In this document: one piece after another, positions 15,166-26,975 of the stretch | Position numbering within the stretch: position 1 is the first letter of the stretch | Layout: each line of letters starts with the position of its first letter | NCBI RefSeq assembly: GCF_009914755.1 | Contig: NC_060938.1 | From: the human T2T-CHM13v2.0 reference genome, Homo sapiens | Length of the DNA stretch: 64,000 nucleotides | Direction: 5' to 3' (one strand) | Made by a program: the position numbers and the translations under genes | The notes under the pieces: generated by a model | The model's input: the letters and a program-made list of their open reading frames with translations, nothing else | Database searches by the model: none | What the model was told of the DNA's origin: nothing

Positions 15166-15739
15166 GAAAACCAGCCCAGATGTTACTCTGCACACCATTG
15201 TGTTACTCATGGAAAGATCTGTGCCCGGCCTTTGTGCACAGGTGACTTTAACCTCAGTGTCTAAAGTGTTTGTTAAAGTGAACAGCAGCATGTTCCCTGT
15301 GAGATGTACTGATCATGCTGTGCCCCATGTTGCCTGTCCTGGAGCGTCTCCTCAGCCAGGATGTGTGTTCTCCACGGGGCTGTCCCCACTCCCTGAGCAG
15401 GGCCCTGGGAGTCCTCCTGCTCCACACAGCGGGGCCCCCAGCTCAGCCCCTGGGCTGCCCCTTTCTCTGCCCTCATCCAGCCTCATTCACACAGCTGAAG
15501 GACTACTTGCTTCTGTTCCTTCGTGCCCTCCTCAGTGCTCAGCATGGGGACAGAGTCTCAGAAGGTGCCTGTCATTCACTGCCTGGTTGAACACACTCCT
15601 TTATGGCAGCTTTCCCCTTCCCATTCCTCCAGCCCCTCTGCAGCTGGCTCTGTTGCCCTTTCTTTCACTTCTCCAGGGCTATTCAAGACCTGAGGTCGAT
15701 GCCCCAGCCCAGGGCATCCACCCTTGCAGATGTATGAGC

Positions 15740-15860
15740 CCAGGCTCTGGAATCACCTGGACTCCAGGCCTGCCTCTGCCATTTATCACCTCGGTACCCT
15801 TAAAAATGTTTCTTAACCTCTCTGCACCTCGATGTTGTCATCTGTAAAACTGAAGATGGA
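15740..15860 (+). mobile_element. MIR fragment
   Basis: ggctctggaatca...tcttaacctctctgcacctc...catctgtaaaa. Confidence 0.65.
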
Positions 15861-16155
<295 letters not shown>

Positions 16156-17060
16156 GTGAACACAGTTAGTGCTTCTTTGAGTTTTAAGTTGTATATGAAA
16201 GAATCTAGTGTTCTTAAAGGGCCTTGAAATTTTAGAGAAGTGTGGAAGAAGGAGTCCCTCACCACTGGGCTTTGTTTATTTTACAGTCAGCAAGCCTTAG
16301 GGACCCCTCACTGAAACTGTTTTCTTAAAGGCTTAGGATTTCACTGAAACCAAGAGGAACTTGCATCCAAACTGGATTCTAGAAGAAAAGGAGAAGTAAG
16401 GAAGCTGAAGAGTGCTAGTCCCTTGGGGATTGAAGCACTTGAGCAGTTCCATTTGCTGCAATTCTCTGTGTCTCTGGACCATGGGGATCGATTTTAATCC
16501 CTCAGTGAGTAAGCCAGCTGCTCCTTCCCTGACTGTGCTCTTCATTGTGCGGGAGGTCTCCCTGCTGTGAGGCGGCCTTCTGAGCCTGCACCTGCTGCCT
16601 CGGTGTGTCTTGGCTTTCTTCCTCTACTCAGGCCTTGTCGTGAACATGGCTTGGTCTTCCCCTAAACTCCACTTCTCTGTTTGCCAGCACTTTTCTTCTG
16701 ACTCAGTGCTCAAAATCCTAACTGTAAAACCCCAGGGAGATGATCTTAGGCATTTGAGGAAGAATCTTAGTTGGTAAACTAACTTCTCTATCTTCATTCC
16801 TCAGGTCTCTCCACTGCCTCCTACTCACTACCTCAAGATCCTTGATTGGAAAAAGCAAATGAGGGTCTGGAAAGAGATCATTTCCTCAGAAGACCTGAGG
16901 AGAAAATGCATGATTAGAATAGGTGTCTGTTTTCTGAGAATGTGAGCACCATTATGCTTAGGCATCATTTCCAAGCAAAAAGAATCCATGTTCGAAATGT
17001 CGAGGTTGTTGTCTCCCAGGAAAACACAGCTGCTGAGTGATGGTCCAAGGCCAGTGGAAG

Positions 17061-17526
17061 TGTAGCAGCACTGGTCGCAGACAAAACCTGTCAGACACTG
17101 GTTTTACGAAGAGGCTTTAGTCAGCTGGGAGCATCGGTAGACTTGCGTCTCAAGGTCCAAGCTCCCTGAACTCAAGATTCCTGTCCCTTTTAAGGGCTTA
17201 CAACTCTAAGGAGTCCATGTGAAAGGGTCGTGATACATTGTGCAAGAGGGGGCTATGTGATGGGGGCTGCACGCACCAGTGATCAGAACAGAACAGAACT
17301 GAACCAAACAGGGAGTTACACAATGCTTCCTCATACAATGTCTGGAATCTATAGATAACATAAGCGATTAGGTCAGGGGTCGATCTTTAACTACCAGGCC
17401 TGGGATGTGCTGCCAGGTTGTTTGACTATTGAATTTCACTTCTGCCTTTTCTTTAACTCCTACTTTTTCGTTTCTTTGAGGCAGAAATTAGGCAGAAGAC
17501 AATATGAGAGGTGGTCTCCTTCCTTA
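17061..17526 (-). repeat. 3' LTR, LTR2 family (possibly LTR2C)
   Basis: Minus strand TAAGGAAGGAGACCACCTCTCATATTGTC...GCTACA, the LTR2 termini. Confidence 0.9.
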
Positions 17527-17605
17527 TTCCCCACTTTGAGAATCTCACTTATTAGTGGGAGTTCTCATCTTCATCCTCACTATCCAGGTTTTCTTGTAAG
17601 ACAGA

Positions 17606-18088
17606 TCAATAGTAATTCATGTAGTACACTTGTGCTGAAGTATTTTGATGGACTAAGGTAGTAACAAAACTTTTCATTACTTGAAGGAGCAAGGGCAGCA
17701 CACAGGGAAGCAACAAGCAGGTTCCTATTACTATTATAATTCCTATTATAAGAGTTTTAAATCCTCCTAGCACTGGAAACCATTTTCCAAACATGGACTC
17801 AGGATCAAACCCATGCCACACCTGCATGGGCACATGTGCCAGCTTTGTATATATCTTTATGTCTTCAACTACTTGCCCTTGGTCGTCTGTATGCAGACAG
17901 CAATTGGTTAGGTTAAATTTTCCACAGACCCCTTCTTCAGCTGCTAGCAAGTAGTGTAAGGCTAATCTATTTTGATAGATGGCATTTCTCATTTGGGTTT
18001 CTTGATGGGCTAAAACAGTCAAAGCTCTGCCCGTTTCATTAGTGATTATTTCTAAGACAGCTTGTAACCATATAATCCGGTTGAGCAT
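17606..18088 (-). pseudogene. env: HERV-E-type env TM segment, open for 160 aa from an internal ATG
   Basis: Heptad repeat, ISD-like [20 protein letters not shown]6CC ([10 protein letters not shown]), membrane anchor [15 protein letters not shown]. Upstream frame has stops and a destroyed furin site. Confidence 0.9.
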
Positions 18089-18460
18089 GTAGATGGGGGT
18101 TCAGTATCCCTATGAGCTGTTTTGTGCCCATGTGGCAGGACTATAGTACTGTGTGATTCTTTCAGGGGGCCGCTCATCATCTTTCCAGTCGCCAATGGCT
18201 ATGCTCTTTTCTCAGGAAGCGTAGACAGGGAAGCCTAGGAGCTCACCTGTTTTTATGGGCAGTAGGAAAAAGGATGGCTTAATGGTCCTAACGACACAAC
18301 TACCTGCCCGTTGGTCAGGTAGCTTAGTGTAGGCTCTATGCCCGCATATCCAGTATAGTCCAGCTGGAGCTGCCCAGTCCCAGGGAGATTTTGGGTGGGC
18401 CTAAACAATTTGCAACTTAGGAAACTTACTAAATGGATTCTTTTTAGTATGGTTTAGACC

Positions 18461-18793
18461 TTACCAGGTGACTGTTCTTAATTTGATTTTTAAAACTGTG
18501 ACCATAGGGGGCTCAGATGGGTTATAACACACATCAGGCTGGTCACTTCCTGGGCTACATACCTTGTACTGGGTGGCATTATACAAACAAGTCCTTTTTA
18601 GAGCTCCAGCACATTTATAATAACTATAGAACAAAAAGACAGTTTTAACTTTTTGACCTAACTTAGTGACCTGATGTATACACTGGTAACAGTCCTTAGT
18701 TTGAGGAAGGTCAGTTGAAGTCCCTACTGTACAAGTCCAAAATATAAGGAAAATAAGTCCCATGGTGAGTTTCCTCATGCTTCGGCCATGCAT
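18461..18793 (-). pseudogene. env: HERV-E-type env N-terminus (signal peptide plus Cys-rich start of SU), 110 aa, ending at a deletion
   Basis: MRKLTMGLIFLIFWTCTVG signal-like segment followed by CYQC...CLYNATQYKVCSPG...VCYNP. Confidence 0.85.
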
Positions 18794-19102
18794 GGACCAG
18801 TCAGCTTCCGGGTGTGACTGCAGCAGGGCTTGTTGTCTTCTTCAGAGTCACTTTGCAGGGATTGTCCAGGCTTGGTCTCGCCTCCCAGGTCTCAGGTGCT
18901 GTGGGTTTCATGCGGCTGTAGTGGATCCAGGCTGGGATTCCTTCTACTTTCACGGCTGTGGGAGTGGTCAAGACGACAGTCTGGGGTCCTTTTCACTGTG
19001 GTTGCAAGGGGGCTGCATTCTAATCCTTGATCTACACCCGATCGCCTTTGCTGTCTTCTGTACCAAGTCAGCGACAAACGCTGGCCCGTTGTCTGAGCCA
19101 AT

Positions 19103-19630
19103 TCATAAAGGCAGTCCAAACCTAGGGATGAGATCTCCACATTTGGGTATCTCGGTGAAGTCTACTTGGAGATCTTCAAAGGAGGCTGCTCCATAAGCCT
19201 GTATACCAGGCAGGACGGTTGGACCTTGCCCAGCATTGTGCTGCCAGGAGATGACACACTGCTGCACTACTGTTTTGGCAAGGGCTGACAGACACGAGAT
19301 GTAGAAGTACTGGCCTAACAACTTTTCAAGTGACTCTTGGCCTACGCGGGTGGTCTCATGCACAGCCAGTACGACTGTGGTTCCTAGCACTTGTGGCATG
19401 GCTATTCTTCTGTCCGATAACTGGATCCATCCTTCTTTTATTACCTGCCCTCCCTCTGGTTGATGAAATGCCAGGGTGAAAGGGATAGCCAATTGGACTA
19501 AAGCACAAGTGCCACTCCAGTTATTCGGCAGAGTGTCCAGTAAAGGTCCACCATGATACCACCACACATCCACTTGGGGATGAACAAAGGGTTGACTTAT
19601 TGGTAAGCTCTGGAAAATTCTTAAGCTCAC
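19103..19630 (-). pseudogene. Chimeric frame: HERV-I-like env SU fragment joined in frame to an integrase N-terminal fragment
   Basis: VWWYHGGPLLDTLPNNWSGTCALVQLAIPF (env), then VHETT...QQCVISWQHN...FEDLQVDFTEIPK (degenerate HHCC and first catalytic Asp of IN). Confidence 0.8.
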
Positions 19631-19673
19631 TGCATCCCTTCAGGTCTCCAAGGAGTGCTAAGTTTCCTCCCTG

Positions 19674-19997
19674 TCATGAGAGACACGAAGTGAACTTAGT
19701 GTTGGGAGACAGAAGCTGGATGGCCCTCAGGGGCGACCCGCAAGGTGCTGAACTTCGGGATATAGCAGAGAGAGCTTGGCATGACTTATTACTCCAGGCT
19801 GTAGAATCCTGGAAAAGAGCTACCATGCAGTCCATGCCTGGCCAACTGGAGGACCACCTTAGTGGAAAGGGGACAGTCTGGGCCTCTGGCCTGCCATGTG
19901 CACAAGCATAACAATTGCTTTTGTTTAACATGCGGACAGAATATTTGATCCATTCCAACCAGGCATTTGCATCTTGGTATCCTGTCTTAATTGTCAA
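19674..19997 (-). pseudogene. env: HERV-I-like env SU fragment
   Basis: TGYQDANAWLEWIKYSVRMLNKSNCYACAHGRP with the CYAC (CXXC) motif. Confidence 0.8.
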
Positions 19998-20418
19998 AGT
20001 TTGTTTTAAGTCTTTAACTTCTATGATCCTCTAGTGAAATGAATGTATGGTTTTAAGAAATTACAAAAACCAGTTGGGGCAGTCCATCCTTGCTCTTTAG
20101 TGGTCCACAGAATATTGGACCAACTATGGCATGAAAGCTCTACACTGGGGGGCAAGACTCCTGGTTGACACTGGAGTCTTTATCAAAATCTCCTCAGATT
20201 AAATGGTCCTAATTTACTATTGCCTAGTCTGAGGAGAGTCAGGAGGGACAGAGGTACTTTTCTGAAGTAGAGAGCTGTCTTTGACTTGGCAAGTCCCCAC
20301 AGGGTATAACAAGACAAGCATTAAATGCAATAGTTTGAGGTGAAATTGACTTGGTTATGTCTAGATGGTCAGCAATAGAGCAAGGAAAGAAAAAAGAGTA
20401 ATACAATAGATGAAAGAG

Positions 20419-20560
20419 TTAAATTTTTCTTAGCTTTAGTTTGGTAGGGTTTTCCCCTGGGACTATGGCCCACGACTCTGAAGGGGTTGGTGCTTTCTCG
20501 ACTCGGATGTGATGAGTCCATCCCTTTTTGCTGTAGGAACAGCAGTCTCGGTGGTTAGCA
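20419..20560 (-). pseudogene. pol: Integrase C-terminal remnant (HERV-I-like)
   Basis: KGWTHHIRVEKAP...PTKLKLRKI. Confidence 0.7.
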
Positions 20561-22028
20561 GCACAAGGTAGGGTCCTTCCCAGGCTGGCTCGATTTTTCC
20601 TTCTTTCCACCTTTTGATGAGAATGTGATCTTCAGGCTGGTGCTGGTTTACTGGAAATTCTAGGGGTGGTACATGTGCTAAAAGCCTTTTAGTTTTGAGG
20701 GAAAGGAAAGTGGAAGATAAACCAAGTATATAATTTATAAGAAATTGACATTTTGTTTTAAATGTGGGGACATCGGCAGTGGACTTTATAGTCCTTGGTG
20801 CCTTCTTACTGAGAAATTTCCTTTAGCACCTATTTTTATTAGTTTTTAGACCAAAGAAAGCCAAACACCATTTTATATTTGACAATGCTTTCCGTATGAT
20901 TTTGTACCAGATAAGCTAAATTTCACCTTTATATTAGTGTTATTAATGTTAAACTTAGTTTTAATAAAACTTTGTAGACATATTTATTCAATTTTTAATG
21001 TCTGACCATAAGGTAAGATTTTTATAGACTCTTTTTAACCTTTTATAATTTTTGTTAAAGAGCAGGTCAGTGCTTTAAGAAAAACCCATCGTGTTTTTAT
21101 TTTGATGTCCAGTTCACAGAAAAACTGGATGATACCCCTTTAACTTTAGCCAATATATTGACACACAGAATTTTCGTTATGATTAACGTTTTAAAACTTG
21201 CTTAAACCTTCAAAACAAAAATTTGTTTTTAACCTTTTAATATAGGTAAAAATCCACATTCTTATGTCTCCTTATAATCCTTTTACTAAAAGTATATTTT
21301 ACTTTCCTTATACACCTTGCACATAAACTTTCTTCAATAGTTTTACATTCAGGAGGCCTAATTACTTTTAAATTATACAACATTTCTTGCATAAATTCCT
21401 TTTTATAACACATTTTTTTCTTTCACGACTTTCACAGACAATTCTTCGACATGCCTCAACTTTCTGACTTCTTGCAAACATCCCTTTCTTTAAATAACCA
21501 GTTATTTTAGGAAAATAATTTACCATAGAACATTCTTTTACATAAATTCTCCTCCCCCCTCCCCCCGCCTTTTTTTCCCCTAAAGATGATAACCATTCTT
21601 TTCCAAAGTGAACTTTCTTCATGTCTGTGGACTAGACTGCCTAAGGCCGTAAGATTAGAAGTTAGGATAATACATGTTACACTGTTAACTTTTAGCAAAC
21701 TTTACTTTTGTTGAAAACCTTGTAAGTTTGGGATTTCAATTATCCTTTGCTGTTAATAAGCCCTTGTTTAGTCCAAATTAACTTAGAATTGGTATAGATG
21801 GTTCCTTCCTGGTTCTATAAGTACTTTAAGGCCTGGCTGGGTGGAAACAGCTGGCACTTTGAGCAGACCAATTATTAGGCAAATTTCCTAACTCTGCTTT
21901 TACAAGAGTTTCCCTATCAATTACTAAATACCTATTGTGTCTTTTTCCCTCAGTCACCCGGGAGGAACCATCTATCATCCAGTCCTGAAGGGAGTTCTTC
22001 CTCCTAGGTCTAGTCAGACCTTTGGTAA

Positions 22029-22400
22029 TTAATTAAGATTGAGATCCCTTATTAGGAAACATGCTGGGTTAAGGGAATTATCAGTGGTTAATGTTAAATC
22101 ATCTTTTTCTAACAGAAAAGCCCCATACTTGTAGATTTTTGAGTTAGTAAGCCACCCATTTTTTTTTTTTTTTTTTTTTTGACTTAGGATAGTTCTGAAC
22201 TGGTGAGGTGTGCTCACAATGAGGTTTCCTCTAAAAGTTATTTTTCTACTTTCTTCTGTTAGCAAAGCTGTTGCCGCTACAGATTGAATGTATTTAGGCC
22301 ATCCAAGGGGTACTGGATTAAGGATTTTTACAGGAAGGCTACGGATTGTCAGTGGCCTCAGTGCTTTCGGGCTACACCCTTGTTTACACTGACAACAAGG
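22029..22400 (-). pseudogene. pol: pol connection/tether remnant, containing an expanded 22-nt A-run
   Basis: EESRKITFRGNLIVSTPHQ...WLTNSKIYKYGAFLL...SLNPACFL; T-run at 22159-22180. Confidence 0.75.
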
Positions 22401-22514
22401 TAGTATTGGAGTGTTGTAGGGTCTCAGAGAAGACCTTTAATTATCAATTAAAGTTTCTAAATTTACCTTGGCTTTTAAACGAATAGGGTAAACTGTTGTT
22501 GTTAACTATTTGTA

Positions 22515-22705
22515 TATCTCTTTCTTTCTTTCTGTCTTTGACTTTCTGTCTCTCTCTCTGACTTTCCTGTTGTCTTTGTCTCTTCCTCTCTCTCTGCCTC
22601 TCTTTCTCTCTCTGTCTTTCACTCCTTCTTTGTCTCTCTGTCTCTTGTTCTCTCTCTCTTTTTCTCTCTCTTTGCCTCTTTGCCTCTCTCTCTCTTTCCT
22701 CTCTT
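22515..22705. repeat. (CT)-rich low-complexity tract inside the provirus
   Basis: Polypyrimidine tctctctg repeats. Confidence 0.9.
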
Positions 22706-23230
22706 GTCTACTCTGGGTGGTCTAGGGGTGTGTGTGTCCTGTGGAGGCTCAGGTGCTGTGGGCTCAGGAGTGGGGAGTCTCTCTTCTCGGTAAGGGGGGG
22801 CACCACTGGTGCCACTGCCTGCCATGCATCCTGTGATGTTGGGTCAGACAGAACCTTAGGAGCTGACTTCTCTCAGCGGGTGGAACGAGATCCCCCTCTT
22901 GGCTATCTGTCCCTTTGCCACTAACACTGCTGCTGCCTGTCCTCTCAACCACTGTGGGGGGTCTAAAACTCACTGCAACCAAGTATCTATGTATGGAAAC
23001 TGATCTGGGTGTCCTGATTTACCAGTTACTTTGTGCCATACCTTTGAAACTAGGGACTTGTCTAGACTTCCTTCTGATGGCCATCCCACCTCTAATGCCG
23101 GCCAATCTATCTCACACAAAGCCTTAAGCTTTCCAGGTGTCATAGCAATTCCATAGTCCCCATTGGATCCTTTCTTGAAATTCTTTAACACAGTTCCTAA
23201 CGGAGTAGGCTTATTCTGTGTTTTACCCAT
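22700..23230 (-). pseudogene. gag: Gammaretroviral gag MA-p12 remnant (HERV-E-like), truncated before CA
   Basis: MGKTQNKPTPLGTVLKNFKKG...LCEIDWPALEVGWPSEGSLD...HPDQFPYIDTW (86 aa, then stop); a later frame has PPY and PTAP late-domain motifs. Confidence 0.9.
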
Positions 23231-23816
23231 TTTCCTCTCTCAGCAGACAAAACAACACTCTTACCACAAAGAGGGAAGGGAAAAGGGGCAAAAAGTCACT
23301 CACTCACCAACCAATTCACACCAGATCAAAATTAAATCTAAAACCAAAGGACGGATAAGGAGTTACTCATTCATCAAGCAATTTGAGCCGAGTCAGAACC
23401 GAAATCAAAGCCAAAACAGTTCAAATCCAAAAGTCAGAACTGAAATCAAAACCAAAACATTTCAAATCCAGTCAAAATCAAAACCAAAACCAAAGTGCTG
23501 ATAACGGCACACCGTGGGTGATCAGGCCATGCTTCCACTCAGATGGAGTGGGCAAGTTCCAAGACCGGTCTTACCATGTTCCAGATGTCAGGACTCCAAG
23601 CACGGATTCCTTCCCAGTGTTCAGCCGCTGTGTTAATCCTCCATGGGGGTCTGCCGCGCACTGCTCTGGCAAAGCATTCCACCTGGGCGATGGCCTACTG
23701 GGAGTGCTCTCAGGATCCGTGTCACTTAAGCTGGCTGGAGTCCCCCACAGGGATGCTCCACAGGACAGGCCTAAGCTGCCTAAGGGGCTGCCTTGACCAT
23801 CCGTTAATCACCTCAC

Positions 23817-23834
23817 TTCCCGGTCAGGGAACTA
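23817..23834 (-). other. Primer-binding site, tRNA-Glu
   Basis: Minus strand TAGTTCCCTGACCGGGAA, 17/18 match to the complement of the tRNA-Glu 3' end (TGGTTCCCTGACCGGGAA). Confidence 0.9.
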
Positions 23835-23858
23835 AGAAATGTAGCGTGAACTAAGAAA

Positions 23859-24331
23859 TGTAGCAGGACCAGTCACAGACAAAACCTCTCGGATACCAGT
23901 TTTAGGAAGGAAGAGGCTTTAATTAGCTGGGAGCATTGGTAGACTCATATCTCAAGAACCAAGCTCCCTGAAGTCAAGATTCCTGTCCCTTTTAAGGGCT
24001 TACAACTCTAAGGGGTCCACATGAAAGGGTCGTGATACATTGTGCAAGTGGGGACTACGTGACGGGGGCTGTCTGCACCGGTGGTCAGAACAGAACAGAA
24101 CCGAACAGGGAGTTACACAATGTTTCCTCATACAATGTCTGGAATCTATATATAACATAAGCGATTAGGTCAGGGGTTGATCTTTAACTACCAGGCCTGG
24201 GGTGTGGTGCCGGGTTGTTTGACTATTGAATTTCACTTCTGCCTTTTCTTTAACTCCTACTTTTTCTTTTCTTTGAGGGAGAAATTAGGCAAATAGGCAA
24301 AAGAAAATATAAGAGGCGGTTTCCTTCCTTA
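23859..24331 (-). repeat. 5' LTR, LTR2 family
   Basis: Direct repeat of 17061-17526, about 10% diverged by eye count. Confidence 0.9.
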
Positions 24332-25564
24332 GAAGGGCTGAGCAGGGATTACGAAATCTCAAATGCCAAGATCTTATGTGCAAACCATGCCCAATGCTGT
24401 AAACATTATTAAGCCCTACCAAAGGCTATTTACTTGAATCCTACCAAGAAACATTAAGCATTACGAAACTTCTTTTAAAATATTGTTTTGCATTATAAAA
24501 TAGAATACAACATAAAAATATTTATGTTAAATAATTATAATAAACTATGCAAAATGAGTAATAAGGAACAATATAGCATAAAGTCATGTATATAATGTTT
24601 ACAATATTTTTATAAAGTAAATAAGAGGTTCTTGTCTGTTCCTCTAATATTCTTTATTATCACTGAGTTTTGTTTTTCTTCTGGAAAGAGGGGGCAGGCA
24701 GAGGGAGATGGCTGTGGGGACCTCTGCCAAGCCTGAGTTGGGCCACAGTCAAAAAACGTTTGAGGGCATCATTCAGAAAAATAAGCCTGCAAATAATTTT
24801 TCTCAATTTCCTGTCTTTTTCCTGAAAGATGGTTTGAAGATGAATGGCTGAGTAGAAAACACTTTCAGATCCCCACATAGGCAACGGCAGAAAAGCTCCA
24901 AGTGTGATATTACAAATATGTATTGTCATCGAAGACAGAAATATTTGCCTTGTCCACCCAAAAGCACAATGATCGTATGGGTTGATTGTATTTTCTTCTC
25001 TATGTATTATGTGCAGAATTTCCCTTCAACAAAAGAAGGGAGGAAAGAAAACTAACCCTGCATTGTAGGCTTCTGCTCTATTTTAGGAGAGGAAAGATAC
25101 TCAAAGACAAAAACCAGCAAGAAATGGCATTTGACTTGCAAGCCTTTAGGAGATGTGCATAAACAGAGAAGCTCAAAGGGAGGCAGAGAAACCAGGATGC
25201 CATCGTTGATTATGTCCTTCCAGCAACTGCAACCGTGCCTCAATTTGCAGGGAAATACATTCCTCTTCATGGACCCTGTTCTGGGACCCATAGCATGCTC
25301 CAGGCTGCAGCCCAGACAGGAAGGTGTCCAATATGTCTTTGAGTTCCATCTTGGGGATCTCATGTGATCTCTGGTGTGTTAGTGAGTGGGCAGGGCCCCT
25401 GGATCCCAGCACTGACCTCAGTTACATGAAGAGTCTGAGTCCATGGCAGGATCTGGGCCCACAGTCTTCTCACCAACCCAGAGGCAGAAACAGACTCTAC
25501 AAGCAACATGGAATGGCAGTGCTTTGTATCTACATTTATTAGTTTTTAAAAAATTATAAAATCT

Positions 25565-25881
<317 letters not shown>

Positions 25882-26619
25882 TTACAAGAATTTGAAATTC
25901 TAAGCTATATAAAAAGGAAAATAAATATCACCATAATCCCACTGCCAGGGAGTGCCACGGGGTACTGGCACTGTTCCTCCAGCCCTGTATCTGTATATGC
26001 CTATATGCCCATTTATACCCATGTTGGATATCAGTAAGGATTCCCCAGCCTCTCACACTGTTGGAGAGGCTCAACCCTGTTCCATGCCCTCTAGAAGTCT
26101 AAAGTCCTCCCCAAGCCTTCTGGAAATTCCATGGGGTCTTCAGTCCTCAGGATCACCCCTGCCCCCAAGCATGGATTTCTATAGCTAATTTCCTGGTGTT
26201 GTTCCGTTTTTCATGAACACAGATGGAGAGTACGTCTTACCCTGGGTTTCTACCCTAAATCTGCACTCACACAGATCAATTATTGATGAGGTGGACTTCA
26301 CTGAAAATTTTAGGAGGGGGTGGAGTTGGAGTTAGTTTGAAACCACAGTAGCAGCCAAAACACCAGGCATCTTTGTGTCCTCCAGGCAGCTACCAGGCAG
26401 AGTATCTGTGACTTCTTCACCCTGGGAGGCCTCAGACTCACACCTCCAGGCTCCTGGCTTCCCCCTTGGTTCCATGCCCCTCCCCCAGCCCTCCCCACCA
26501 GCGGCCCCCAAAGCATCTCTTCTGTTTCTTTGCCCCCCTCCCCTATGGTCTTCCTTCTAATGCAAGGAAGTTGCTTATAAAGGACTTTGTTTAAATAAGG
26601 ACCGTTCTTATAGCAACTG

Positions 26620-26975
26620 TTACAATAACAAAAATCTTGAGATCATACTCTACATACATTCTTTATTCTGCCTTTTTAAATTGAGCGTTACACTTTTAGC
26701 ACTTTCCCATATCATTAAATATTTAGCAGCACTGGATTTCATCAAAAAGATGCACCATCATTCATTTCTCCATTCCACTATTTTTGGATATTCTTTGCTT
26801 TGGGGAAATTTACAAAGCAGAAATTATTAGCTCGAGGAGTGTGAATATTTCTAAGGTCCCATACTAATTGCCAAATTGTCCTCCAGAAAGGTTATGTCAA
26901 TTTGCACACTCTGAAGCTCTAAATGAGAGTGTTGAGTGACTTTATTCTTTAAACAGTTTGCTAACTTGACATTGT
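26620..26975 (-). mobile_element. Ancient L1M fragment
   Basis: attgccaaattgtcctccagaaaggttatgtcaatttgcacact motif. Confidence 0.55.

Larger units (their letters stand above)
17061..24331 (-). mobile_element. Harlequin / HERV-E-type mosaic provirus with two LTR2-family LTRs (7.27 kb)
   Basis: Paired ~470-bp LTRs, 4-bp TSD GAAG (17057-17060, 24332-24335), tRNA-Glu PBS, polypurine tract next to the 3' LTR, and gag/pol/env fragments in mosaic order. Confidence 0.93.
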
